Source: Coraliomargarita sp. (GTDB taxonomy: Bacteria > Verrucomicrobiota > Verrucomicrobiia > Opitutales > Coraliomargaritaceae). Taken from it: a DNA stretch of 64,000 nt. Where the stretch lies: positions 3,551 through 67,550 of the forward strand of contig CBFHLR010000012.1 in NCBI GenBank assembly GCA_965656715.1, read 5' to 3'. The notes below the pieces were generated by a model that worked only from the letters and a program-made list of their open reading frames with translations, was not told the origin of the DNA and did not search any database. Shown here in pieces: positions 35,201 through 43,481 of this stretch. Each line of letters opens with the position of its first letter. The first letter of the stretch is position 1. The translations under genes were made by a program, and so were the position numbers.

Positions 35201-35624
35201 TTCGTTCGGTGTTGGGGCGCTTGCTGCAATCGTTTCTGAGGATCGGCCACTATTCGATCAGCCGGAGTATCTTGCGAATGCCTTCGTTTCGGTGGATGTT
35301 CCTGCGGTATCGGGTAAACTCACAGTGTCTGGTTCTTGGGTGGGTGAAACGCTTAATTTGGTCGGCACTGCAGATACGCATCCGGATGTGTATTTCGATG
35401 AGTTTTTAACTGTGAATGTCGTCTGGCAGCAGCAGCTGAATGACGTGTGGTCCTTGAAGTTATCTGCTAAAAATATCAATTCGCCGGAGCGGGAAAGTTT
35501 CTACGATAAGGATTTTAATAGTGCTCTCAATGGCTTGAATCCGACCTTTGGGCTGGATTCGACAACGAAGCAGAAATACGAGATTAAGCCTACCTACAGT
35601 ATCTCGTTGACTGCGCAGTTCTGA
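32214..35624 (+). CDS. TonB-dependent outer-membrane receptor with an N-terminal carboxypeptidase-regulatory-like domain
   Basis: 1136-aa ORF with a signal peptide. The CarbopepD_reg-like segment is [23 protein letters not shown]...DGRYRL. The plug is [29 protein letters not shown]...DSLVVRK. The barrel ends ...YSISLTAQF with a terminal Phe. Confidence 0.9.
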   Translation: [1136 protein letters not shown]

Positions 35625-35735
35625 GCTACTGTTGCGCGTATTTTTCCGGGCTGTCATGTGGATGTAACATGGCTCATTTATTATCTTTAATCGCACGACC
35701 TAACTGTGCGTTAAAACTAAACTATCATCATAAAA

Positions 35736-37592
35736 ATGAAAAAAACATTCCTTCAACTCGCAGCTCTCGGCGCTGCATGCACGTCTCAGGCGGCACTCGT
35801 TGTTATCGATGAGAACCTCCCAGAGGTTACAGTCGACGGTAACGGTTACTACTACATTCAAGACGATCTTACACTCAGTTCGGCTAATGAGTATGTTCTC
35901 GCTAGCTACACATTTGTTAATAACGGTGCGACTCTGACTATTGAGCCAGGCACAATTATCCGCGGTGAGCCAGGTGCTGGCGAAGGTGGTAACGTAGGTT
36001 CTATCGGTGACGCTGGTAATGAGCCAGGCACTTTGATCGTTACACGTGACGGTCAAATCGATGCTGACGGAACCTCCGGTAGCACGATCATCTTTACAAC
36101 TGCTGTTATCGATGCAAACGGTGATAACATTCCTGATAGCATCGACTACTCTGGTGCTTATGACTACTCAGGTAACGGCATCGTAACTGCTGATTTTCTT
36201 GATAACGATCCAGTAGGTGCACCGCTTCCTCCTTATCAGGAAGCATCTGTTGTCGACATCACTTTTGGTTCTGAAACCGATGGTACTGGTAATATTGCTG
36301 GTGCTGGTACTGAGCACCAAGGTTACTGGGGAGGTATCATCATCCTTGGTAACGCTCCTACAAGCATTGGTGACATCGACACTGCAAACGACGTGATCAT
36401 CGACGGTGACAAGGGTAATTTCCCTTCAGTGATCAACCCAATGGAAGGTCAGATCGAAGGTTTGAATACTCAGCTTGTTGGTGTGAACTCCGTTTATGGT
36501 GGTCGTAATCCGAATGACAGCTCTGGTACACTTCGTTATGTTGCTATCCGCCACGGTGGCTATAAGATTGCTAACGCAAACGAAATTAACGGCCTTACTA
36601 TGGGTGGTGTAGGTTTCGGTACTACAATCGAGTACATCGAGGTTTACTCTAATCAGGATGACGGCTACGAGTGGTTCGGTGGTACTGTTAACTCGCGCTA
36701 CCTTGTGTCTCTTCTTAACAATGACGACTCCTTCGATATGGATGAAGGTTTCACAGGTCTTGGTCAGTTCTGGTTCTCCTTTCAGAACGACGATGCTGAC
36801 AATGGTAATGCTTCTGGTGAACACGACGGCACTGACGCAGAGGGTCGCTCTGTTGATCAGTTCGCTGCTGTAGCATCTGCTCCTACTACTAATGTTCTTG
36901 GTACTGGTGACGCAGGTGGCGGTCTTACTTTCACATTCCCAACCATCTACAATGCGACATATGTCGGTTCCGGCACATACAGCAAAGATGACGGTGATGA
37001 TGGCATTAACAACGTATTCACACTGCGTGACTCATGGGGTGGTGCTTACTTCAACTCCATCTTCTCCGACCACGGCCACGAAGGTATCCTTCTTGCTAAG
37101 GATGGCGACGAGCGCTGGGACCTTGGTGACATCGTTTTCCGCTCCAACGTTTGGTATGCAAACAACGCTGCCTACACATCTGCTACTTTTGCAAGTAACG
37201 TAGACCTCGACGGTGGCTCTGCTAATGCGGGTACCAATGCTTCTCGTGTTCTTCAAGTTTTCAACAACACTGGTGACAACTTCGAAAACAACACTTTCGC
37301 ATCTGATCCATTCGCAAGCACAAACCGTATTGCTTCCGCAGACGACTCCAACATGGATGGCGACATCAAGCGTCGTAATTGGGACTCTGACTTCAATTCC
37401 ACACACGGTGGTTTCGACCCTGCTGAAGTAACTGCTGCAGTAACTGGTCTGACACTTGAGCCATATACATCCACATTCTTCATCGATGCGGGTTATGCAG
37501 GTGCATTCAACCCTCTTGCTGATACTAATAGCCAAGCTCTTTGGACGGACGCATGGACTGTATTTAGCGCTCTTTACTACCAAGATCGCTAG
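35736..37592 (+). CDS. Secreted Gly/Asp/Asn/Thr-rich protein of unknown function, partner of the receptor
   Basis: 618-aa ORF with a signal peptide (MKKTFLQLAALGAACTSQAA). Motifs: GYWGGIIILGNAP, EINGLTMGGVGFGTTIEYIEVYSNQDDGYEWFGGTV. Composition matches the neighbouring receptor gene. Confidence 0.7.
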   Translation: MKKTFLQLAALGAACTSQAALVVIDENLPEVTVDGNGYYYIQDDLTLSSANEYVLASYTFVNNGATLTIEPGTIIRGEPGAGEGGNVGSIGDAGNEPGTLIVTRDGQIDADGTSGSTIIFTTAVIDANGDNIPDSIDYSGAYDYSGNGIVTADFLDNDPVGAPLPPYQEASVVDITFGSETDGTGNIAGAGTEHQGYWGGIIILGNAPTSIGDIDTANDVIIDGDKGNFPSVINPMEGQIEGLNTQLVGVNSVYGGRNPNDSSGTLRYVAIRHGGYKIANANEINGLTMGGVGFGTTIEYIEVYSNQDDGYEWFGGTVNSRYLVSLLNNDDSFDMDEGFTGLGQFWFSFQNDDADNGNASGEHDGTDAEGRSVDQFAAVASAPTTNVLGTGDAGGGLTFTFPTIYNATYVGSGTYSKDDGDDGINNVFTLRDSWGGAYFNSIFSDHGHEGILLAKDGDERWDLGDIVFRSNVWYANNAAYTSATFASNVDLDGGSANAGTNASRVLQVFNNTGDNFENNTFASDPFASTNRIASADDSNMDGDIKRRNWDSDFNSTHGGFDPAEVTAAVTGLTLEPYTSTFFIDAGYAGAFNPLADTNSQALWTDAWTVFSALYYQDR

Positions 37593-37666
37593 TCATACAA
37601 ATTTGTTTACCTTGGCTCCATGTCGGGGCCAAGGTATTTCAATTCTAATACAAAATTAATTCAAAA

Positions 37667-38413
37667 ATGAAAAAAACAATTATCGCACTTGCTGCAACTG
37701 CTGCAGTAGCTTCAGCTAACGCTGACTTCCTTGGAGGTTGGGACTTTCAAGACCTGACTCTTGCGAGTGACTTGAATGCAGGTATTGCTCAGGATATTGC
37801 TGGCCAACTTGGTGGCACCCTCTCGAGTTCTACATTTATCGCGAACACATCTCAAGGCGCAGGGCAGAATACTATCGATGCTGCTGATGCTTTTTGGGGT
37901 TCCAATGGCTTCCAAGGTGGAGTTGCTGGTGATAACGTAGTAGGTACCAAGGGCATCACTACTCAAGGCACTAACAGCTTTGAGATTGCTTTTGATGCTA
38001 CAAACTTCACTGACCTCGATTTGGCCTTCATGTTTGACGTGATCAACACAGGTGATTACGGCACAGCATTCGGTCCAGTCTACACTGATACTATCAATGT
38101 TGAATTGTTTGATGGCGTGAGCTCTCTTGGAGTTCTTACCAACAACGGTTTCTTTGGTTCCGATGCAAATGCTGTATTTGACCTAGACAATGGTGCGGGT
38201 TACAGCACTAGTAATCTGACTCTAGACGTATCTGCACTGGATGGCATTGCTAATGCACGTGTTGTAATCACAGCAAATGCTAATGTAACTCCAGGTAATA
38301 TCGTATTCGACAACGTTGGTTTCTCTGGAACAGTTGTTCCTGAGCCATCTACCTATGCTGCGATTTTCGGAGCAATCGCTCTTGCGTTTGCTGCTTCACG
38401 TCGTCGTAAGTAG
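37667..38413 (+). CDS. PEP-CTERM sorting-domain protein
   Basis: 248-aa ORF with a signal peptide. The C-terminus VPEPSTYAAIFGAIALAFAASRRRK has the PEP motif, a TM helix and a basic tail. Confidence 0.88.
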   Translation: MKKTIIALAATAAVASANADFLGGWDFQDLTLASDLNAGIAQDIAGQLGGTLSSSTFIANTSQGAGQNTIDAADAFWGSNGFQGGVAGDNVVGTKGITTQGTNSFEIAFDATNFTDLDLAFMFDVINTGDYGTAFGPVYTDTINVELFDGVSSLGVLTNNGFFGSDANAVFDLDNGAGYSTSNLTLDVSALDGIANARVVITANANVTPGNIVFDNVGFSGTVVPEPSTYAAIFGAIALAFAASRRRK

Positions 38414-38445
38414 CGCGAGCGCACGCTTAATTATTGAATAAACAA

Positions 38446-38477
38446 TGCCGGGCGGATTTACCGCTCGGCATTTTTTT
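38446..38477 (+). terminator. Rho-independent terminator
   Basis: TGCCGGGCGG / CCGCTCGGCA stem (one mismatch), ATTTA loop, then T7. Confidence 0.7.
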
Positions 38478-38485
38478 ATCCATTA

Positions 38486-40563
38486 GTGATGAGTAAGCAA
38501 ATGCGTCCTAGATTATGTGTTTGGCTAGTAGTCGTAATTGTTGCCTTATGTCCATTGATCTATCTCGATGGTATTAGAGATGCTGGTGACCTCGGAAAGC
38601 GCGCACTCTTGTATTTAGGAGGTGTTATTGCTTTTGAGTTACTATGGATGGGACCTCAACGTCAGGAGCTCGCTGAGAGGCGGATGCTGATGATTCCCGG
38701 GCTTGCCGTTCCATTGGCGTTTATGGCTGCAGTATCAGCCTTATGGTGTATGAATGGCCTCGTGCCAAGTGCTGCTGCGCGTGAATTCTCTGGATGAGTT
38801 ATTTCACTGGTGTGGCTCTTGTTGGCTTGCAATATGCGCCAACATTTCAAGTTGCTGTACATAGGCATAGTCTGTGCCGCGTTGTTGACATCATCCATCG
38901 GGATTTTACAGGCCTACGGTTTGATTGATTTGTATGAGCAGACGGCGGCGCCAGCTGCAACCTATATAAATCGGAATTTTGCAAGCCATGTGGTCGTCCT
39001 TGCTTTGCCGGCATTAATTGCTCTTTCCGTATCGAGATGTCGAACGAGCTGGCTGAAGGTTTTTTGCTCTATTTCCGGAGTGGTTCTGCCTGTCTATCTT
39101 ATTTACACAACCAGTCGGAATGCCTTGCTGGCATGTCTCTTCACTGTGGTGATTGCTACCATAGCGCTTACTCTTATTATACTAAGAAATCGTGATTTTG
39201 TAGCGTTGCGAAAACTGGCTCTACTTATTGGCTTGATTGTTGTGGGCTTGGGGATTGGCGGTTGGACTCAAGTATATACTGTGGAGCACACTGGTAGTCA
39301 CTTAGGCTCAAAAATAGAGCGTGCGACTGATTATGCTCGAGAAGAACTACTCCATGGAAAAGCTTAACCAAAGGAGGTGAAGCTAGAGATAAGAGTTCCT
39401 ATGGGAGGCTTGTAATGTATTCCAATGCCCTCTCTGTTATTAAAGAGCATGGAAAGGTTGGAGTTGGCAGTGGGCATTTTTCAATAATCTATCCACTGTA
39501 CCAAGGTGGTGTGGATTCTACTGTTGCAGATGCTCATGTTAAATTTTTGCACAACGACTACTTGGAGTTGTTTGTCGAGCATGGTCTTGTAGGCGTTCTA
39601 TTTATAATTGTGTCTATTGGGCTGGTTGCGCACCAGCTCTTGTTGGGATTCCGCTCTAAGTCATATGAAGCGCAGTTGTGTGCAGCGTCTTGTTTCTCTG
39701 CGCTTGTTGCTCTCTTTGTGCTAACTAGCTTTAGTGCTCCTTTTTGGATGTCAGTTGTTCCGGTAATCATCATGCTCTACTTTGGAGCTGTTTATTTTAC
39801 AGATTCAGATAAAGGCGTCGTGAAAATCAACTATGTGATTGGGCCGATGGTGAGATGGATGGTGTGCCTAATGCTCCTTAGTTTTATGGTCTGGCAAGCC
39901 CATATATTTACTAAGGATTATCGTGCGATGCGCTCCTATCATGAATTTCGAAAGATCGATGATGAGTTTGGTAAAGATGTCCAGGATCTGGCTCTTTCGT
40001 ATGCTCTGGATGCACGTTCAGTAGCTCCAGACTTCTGGGAGAATGAATTTTATTTGTCACTATATTATACGGCCCTTAGGAAAATTGATTTAGCCATTGA
40101 TGCATTGGACCGTGCATTAAAATCATTTCCTTATAACTACCGGGCTCTCTGTAACCGAGCGAACCTGCTTGAGCAGAGAAAGCAGTTCCATGCCGCGAAG
40201 GCAGATGTCGAACTCGCACTTCGCTTGTCTGGTCATGATCGCGCATTATGGGTGTCAGGCTTGCGTCTTGGGCTTGCTAGTGGCGATAATAAATTTGCTC
40301 TGAAGTGTGCTGAAGAACTCGACAAAGATTCCGACAGTTTGCAGATCAAGCTGACTATTGCTGAATTGCTGAGTCGAGTAGAGGGTTCGCCTTCTGCGGT
40401 GAAGTTTTTGGAGGCGCAATCAGTTTCGATTCGGGCTCATAAGCATGCCCTCTATTTGTTAGCAAAATTTAGCTTGAAGGCTGGCGATCAGGTCAGCGCT
40501 CACAAATATCTCCTTCAACTGCGTCAAGTTGCTCCGAGTTATCCCGTTGATTTCGAGTTCTAG
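38486..40563 (+). pseudogene. Disrupted O-antigen ligase-like (Wzy_C) + TPR gene, a paralogue of 21950..23896
   Basis: Three consecutive ORFs (38486..38797, 38810..39367, 39415..40563) together form one Wzy_C/TPR protein. ORFs 1 and 2 share a frame and are separated by TGA 38795-38797. ORF 3 is in another frame that is open from 39331 and reads ...GRLVMYSNALSVIKEHGKVGVGSGHF and HNDYLELFVEHGLVG (the ligase core). Confidence 0.65.
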
Positions 40564-41408
40564 TATTTTTTGAACGTCTCTTTGTCAGCTTGAATTGCTG
40601 AAAATGCATCTTCAAAAGCACGTTGTACTGGTTTTAGTTCGGCGTTGCGAGTGCTGCGACGAGTGTTGTGGCGTACTTTGGGATTTGTATTGTCATCTAG
40701 CCTAAGTTGAGGAGAGCGATGAATAATGCGGCCGTATGCATCAGCTACTACTAGGGATGGGAGTGTTTCTGGCTCTTGGTGTAGTGCTGCAGCGTAGCTT
40801 AGGCGCATGTGGGGAATCATAATGGGTAATCGATTAAAGGCTGTCATGAAATAACCATACCAACGATTTGCACCAGCGAATACGACACAGCGCGTATCAG
40901 GGAGATCTTTGTCTAGTTGTGGCTGCAATTGATCAATGTATTGCAATATAATTGCAGTATCTGTGGTAACATTGCCAATGTATATAGAGATGTAGTAGTT
41001 TATATTCGCATTGTCTGCAATTACGATATGCTCTGCATCTCGTTCGACAAAGCGAACCATCTTGTTTCCAATTTGAGCTGTAAGGTTGGGATACTCCAGT
41101 GCATCTGTGTCGCGTTGGTTGGGACCATATAAACTTTTAATGTTAGTTTCACTCTCTTCTAGCCAGTGTACGCCGTGTCGGCCAAAATCAACAAGTAGTT
41201 TATCGTTTTCGATTCGCTGTAGTAAGCCTTTGCTACCTTTCTTTATTTTTTGGGTATCTCCAGTGACCGTCTCATGGTCGAGCAAGGTTAATGCTGCCTC
41301 TACTTGGCTAGGCCAGTATTCTGGCCGATCATAGCCGCAGTATTGTGCGAAGGCTGTGTTTAGCGATATGACCGTCAGCAGTGTAAAAATAAGAGATACA
41401 AGTTTCAT
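40560..41408 (-). CDS. Secreted protein: SH3-like N-terminal region plus a degenerate thioredoxin/nucleoredoxin-like fold (no CxxC)
   Basis: The start was moved to ATG 41408 (MKLVSLIFTLLTVISLNTAFA signal peptide). ...YYISIYIGNVTTDTAI...RCVVFAG...LPIMIPH...LPSLVVADAYGRIIH follows the thioredoxin-like pattern, with TTDT in place of CxxC. Confidence 0.45.
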   Translation of the reverse strand: MKLVSLIFTLLTVISLNTAFAQYCGYDRPEYWPSQVEAALTLLDHETVTGDTQKIKKGSKGLLQRIENDKLLVDFGRHGVHWLEESETNIKSLYGPNQRDTDALEYPNLTAQIGNKMVRFVERDAEHIVIADNANINYYISIYIGNVTTDTAIILQYIDQLQPQLDKDLPDTRCVVFAGANRWYGYFMTAFNRLPIMIPHMRLSYAAALHQEPETLPSLVVADAYGRIIHRSPQLRLDDNTNPKVRHNTRRSTRNAELKPVQRAFEDAFSAIQADKETFKKY

Positions 41409-41424
41409 CTGAGATGAGTGTTTG

Positions 41425-42138
41425 TTACTGGAGGTGTCGGGGTGTTTTGCCCGTTGGATTGTGAATCCGATTTCTTCTAGCTGATGGGATGGGGGGGGCA
41501 TCATGCTGATTTTGAAATTGTGCTTTCTTTGGGCTTAGTAGTTCAGGTGCTTTAGATCTGAGCTGTGAGTCGCTTAGGGCAAAAAGAGGACGCTTCGATT
41601 GCTGATGGCTAATGCTGGTAAGGGTTGCCCCTGAGTGGCTCTTTTGATTTTGTGTATTGTTGTTGAACGTGATTTTATAGTTTTTCGAAACTGAGGTTGT
41701 GTTGCTAGTGACTTCGGCTGACTTGCTACCTTTTGGGTCTTTGAGATTGGGCAGGGTTGATAGTATCTGGATTGGGTCACCGTTTGCTTGAGTAAGCTGC
41801 ATAGTATATAAGCTGTCATTCCATGAATATTCAATGGTATGTGTTAGTGGTGCGTAGCTCATTATTTGGAAGCCGTTGATTTTCTCTCCTTCACGGATCC
41901 ATGTAGAAGTGTTTGTCCTTGTATCAATGAGACTAAAGTAATACCTCCCGGCAATTTGAGATACTCCCTTTAGTTTGTAGGTTGTAGCTTTATTTTGACT
42001 AGGAACGGGTTGCTCTTTTAATCTAGTTTTGCTGTTGTTGCTTGGAGGGATGAAAGGGGAGTTATGGATCAAGCTGGATGCGCTTGCCATAGATATGCAG
42101 CAGCAAGATATTCCGATAAGAATGATAGAATGAATCAT
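41425..42138 (-). CDS. Secreted Ser/Thr/Asn/Gln-rich protein of unknown function
   Basis: The start was moved to ATG 42138 (MIHSIILIGISCCCISMASA). ...SPFIPP...YKLKGVSQIAGRYYFSLID...WIREGEKINGFQIMSY... loosely resembles PilP/GspC-type beta-domains. Confidence 0.45.
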   Translation of the reverse strand: MIHSIILIGISCCCISMASASSLIHNSPFIPPSNNSKTRLKEQPVPSQNKATTYKLKGVSQIAGRYYFSLIDTRTNTSTWIREGEKINGFQIMSYAPLTHTIEYSWNDSLYTMQLTQANGDPIQILSTLPNLKDPKGSKSAEVTSNTTSVSKNYKITFNNNTQNQKSHSGATLTSISHQQSKRPLFALSDSQLRSKAPELLSPKKAQFQNQHDAPPIPSARRNRIHNPTGKTPRHLQ

Positions 42139-42226
42139 CGGTACATGCTTGCCTATCTTTAAATGGCGCTGCAACCCAGATTTGCGCCATTTATGTGAAC
42201 ATTGCGAGCGAAGGGTTTCAGTAATG

Positions 42227-43078
42227 TTACGCTTCGGGCTGCTTGGCAAGTGCTACTGTCTCTGTCGTCGAGTTTGATTCGAAATATTCTTCGTAGATGC
42301 CGACACCTACGGTGACGTCATGAATCTCTATCACGCTGGTTCCAGTTGCTGTAGAATCTAGTTCCCGTGTTTTCGGGATTGTGATACCAGAAACTGGTGT
42401 GGAGTCTGAGAGTATTGTGGTTGAGGCTACCGCACCCTTCTTGTAGGTGATTTGTTTGCTTACTAGCTTGCTGTCATCGGATAGATAAAACTCGTAGCTT
42501 TTATTGGGACTATCCTTGTGCGTCGCTTTGATAATATGATGCATTTTACCGTGAAATGTTTTGAGGCCAATAATCTCAAGGTTGGCATTGTTTTGCCACA
42601 GATGTATAAGCTGGGGGAGCACTTGGGCTTCGTCAACGAGGTCAGTGGCTTCGTCGCCTGATAGGGGCTGGTATGCTAAAGTTTCACCACCAGCTAGTCG
42701 AGTGGATGTCCATGCGTCTCGACCGTCGTGAGCTCGAATGATTTGTAGGTGTTCGTCTTCTTTGCCTGGGATGGGCATTGTGATGGTCGCGCGGATTTGA
42801 TTCGGGCGCTTCTTGATGATGCAGAAGTCGACGAGTTGACCATCGCGCTCGATCGTTCCGGTGGTGCGGATGCTCTCGACTTTATTCCAGTTACGCAGGC
42901 CGCCCATTGCGTCGGCATGTTTGCGTAGGATGTCTTGTAGCTCTCGCTCCTTGTTGACGTCGGCGTGAGTTAGGCCGACTAGAAAGGTAATGCTGAGCAA
43001 TAGTAAGGTTGTGCAGGTTTTCACAGTGTCAGTATACCCTAGCTGTGATCCCGTAGACAATGAACGTCCTGGTGACAA
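42227..43078 (-). CDS. Secreted LolA-like / outer-membrane lipoprotein-sorting-like protein candidate
   Basis: 283-aa ORF. The likely start is GTG 43024 (VKTCTTLLLLSITFLVGLTHA signal peptide). ...LRNWNKVESIRTTGTIERDGQLVDFCIIKKRPNQIRATI... is typical of LolA-like half-barrels. Confidence 0.5.
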   Translation of the reverse strand: MSPGRSLSTGSQLGYTDTVKTCTTLLLLSITFLVGLTHADVNKERELQDILRKHADAMGGLRNWNKVESIRTTGTIERDGQLVDFCIIKKRPNQIRATITMPIPGKEDEHLQIIRAHDGRDAWTSTRLAGGETLAYQPLSGDEATDLVDEAQVLPQLIHLWQNNANLEIIGLKTFHGKMHHIIKATHKDSPNKSYEFYLSDDSKLVSKQITYKKGAVASTTILSDSTPVSGITIPKTRELDSTATGTSVIEIHDVTVGVGIYEEYFESNSTTETVALAKQPEA

Positions 43079-43213
43079 TGGTTAAGCTTGGGCAACGCTG
43101 TTACGGGTTGCGTTGTAATGTGTCGGAGTTTGCTCAGCTGTAACGGATGTGATGTATTGCCCGCTAAGTGACGCGAAGGATGCGCTAAGTGGAATGTCGG
43201 CTGTTCGGGTGCT

Positions 43214-43294
43214 GGAGGGCAACGCTCTGTCGTTGCCATTGTCAGTGCTGTGAATCTGATCCTACGCAGTGGCAACGACGGAGCGTTGCCCTCC
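43214..43294. repeat. Palindromic double-hairpin element (family A), complete copy
   Basis: GGAGGGCAACGCTCTGTCGTTGCC - 33 nt - GGCAACGACGGAGCGTTGCCCTCC. The arms are near-perfect reverse complements (23 of 24; one G·T mismatch). It lies about 190 nt upstream of the RHH antitoxin gene. Confidence 0.8.
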
Positions 43295-43349
43295 AGTTGA
43301 TGTAACAAGGATCCCTGTTGATGGTGGCGCGCCCGTATTGCTGTTGCTC

Positions 43350-43380
43350 TGGGCGGGCGTCGCAAGCAACGCCCCTACGG
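43350..43380 (+). repeat. GC-hairpin repeat (family B: GGGCGGGCG..stem-loop..CGCCCCTACGG)
   Basis: TGGGCGGGCGTCGCAAGCAACGCCCCTACGG. Related copies are at 44390-44442, 50266-50292, 50319-50347, 50816-50839 and 50868-50895. Confidence 0.65.
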
Positions 43381-43446
43381 GCTATAGGACTGTCTTCGAG
43401 GCTGATTGGGATGGGAGCTGTCCTGCGAGGTCGTGCGAGGTTAAAG

Positions 43447-43475
43447 TTGACGGCATAAGTCATAAGTCGTAAACA
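43447..43475 (+). promoter_or_regulatory. Sigma70-like promoter with a tandem CATAAGT operator-like repeat for the RHH-MazF pair
   Basis: TTGACG (43447-43452), a 17-nt spacer containing CATAAGTCATAAGTC, then TAAACA (43470-43475). The ATG is at 43482. Confidence 0.4.
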
Positions 43476-43481
43476 TGAGTA

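Noticed and set aside
38795-38797. In-frame TGA as selenocysteine or programmed read-through
   Set aside because: The same gene also carries a frameshift about 550 nt downstream. I saw no SECIS-like hairpin immediately 3' of the TGA, and Wzy_C proteins are not known selenoproteins. Pseudogenisation or a sequence error is simpler.
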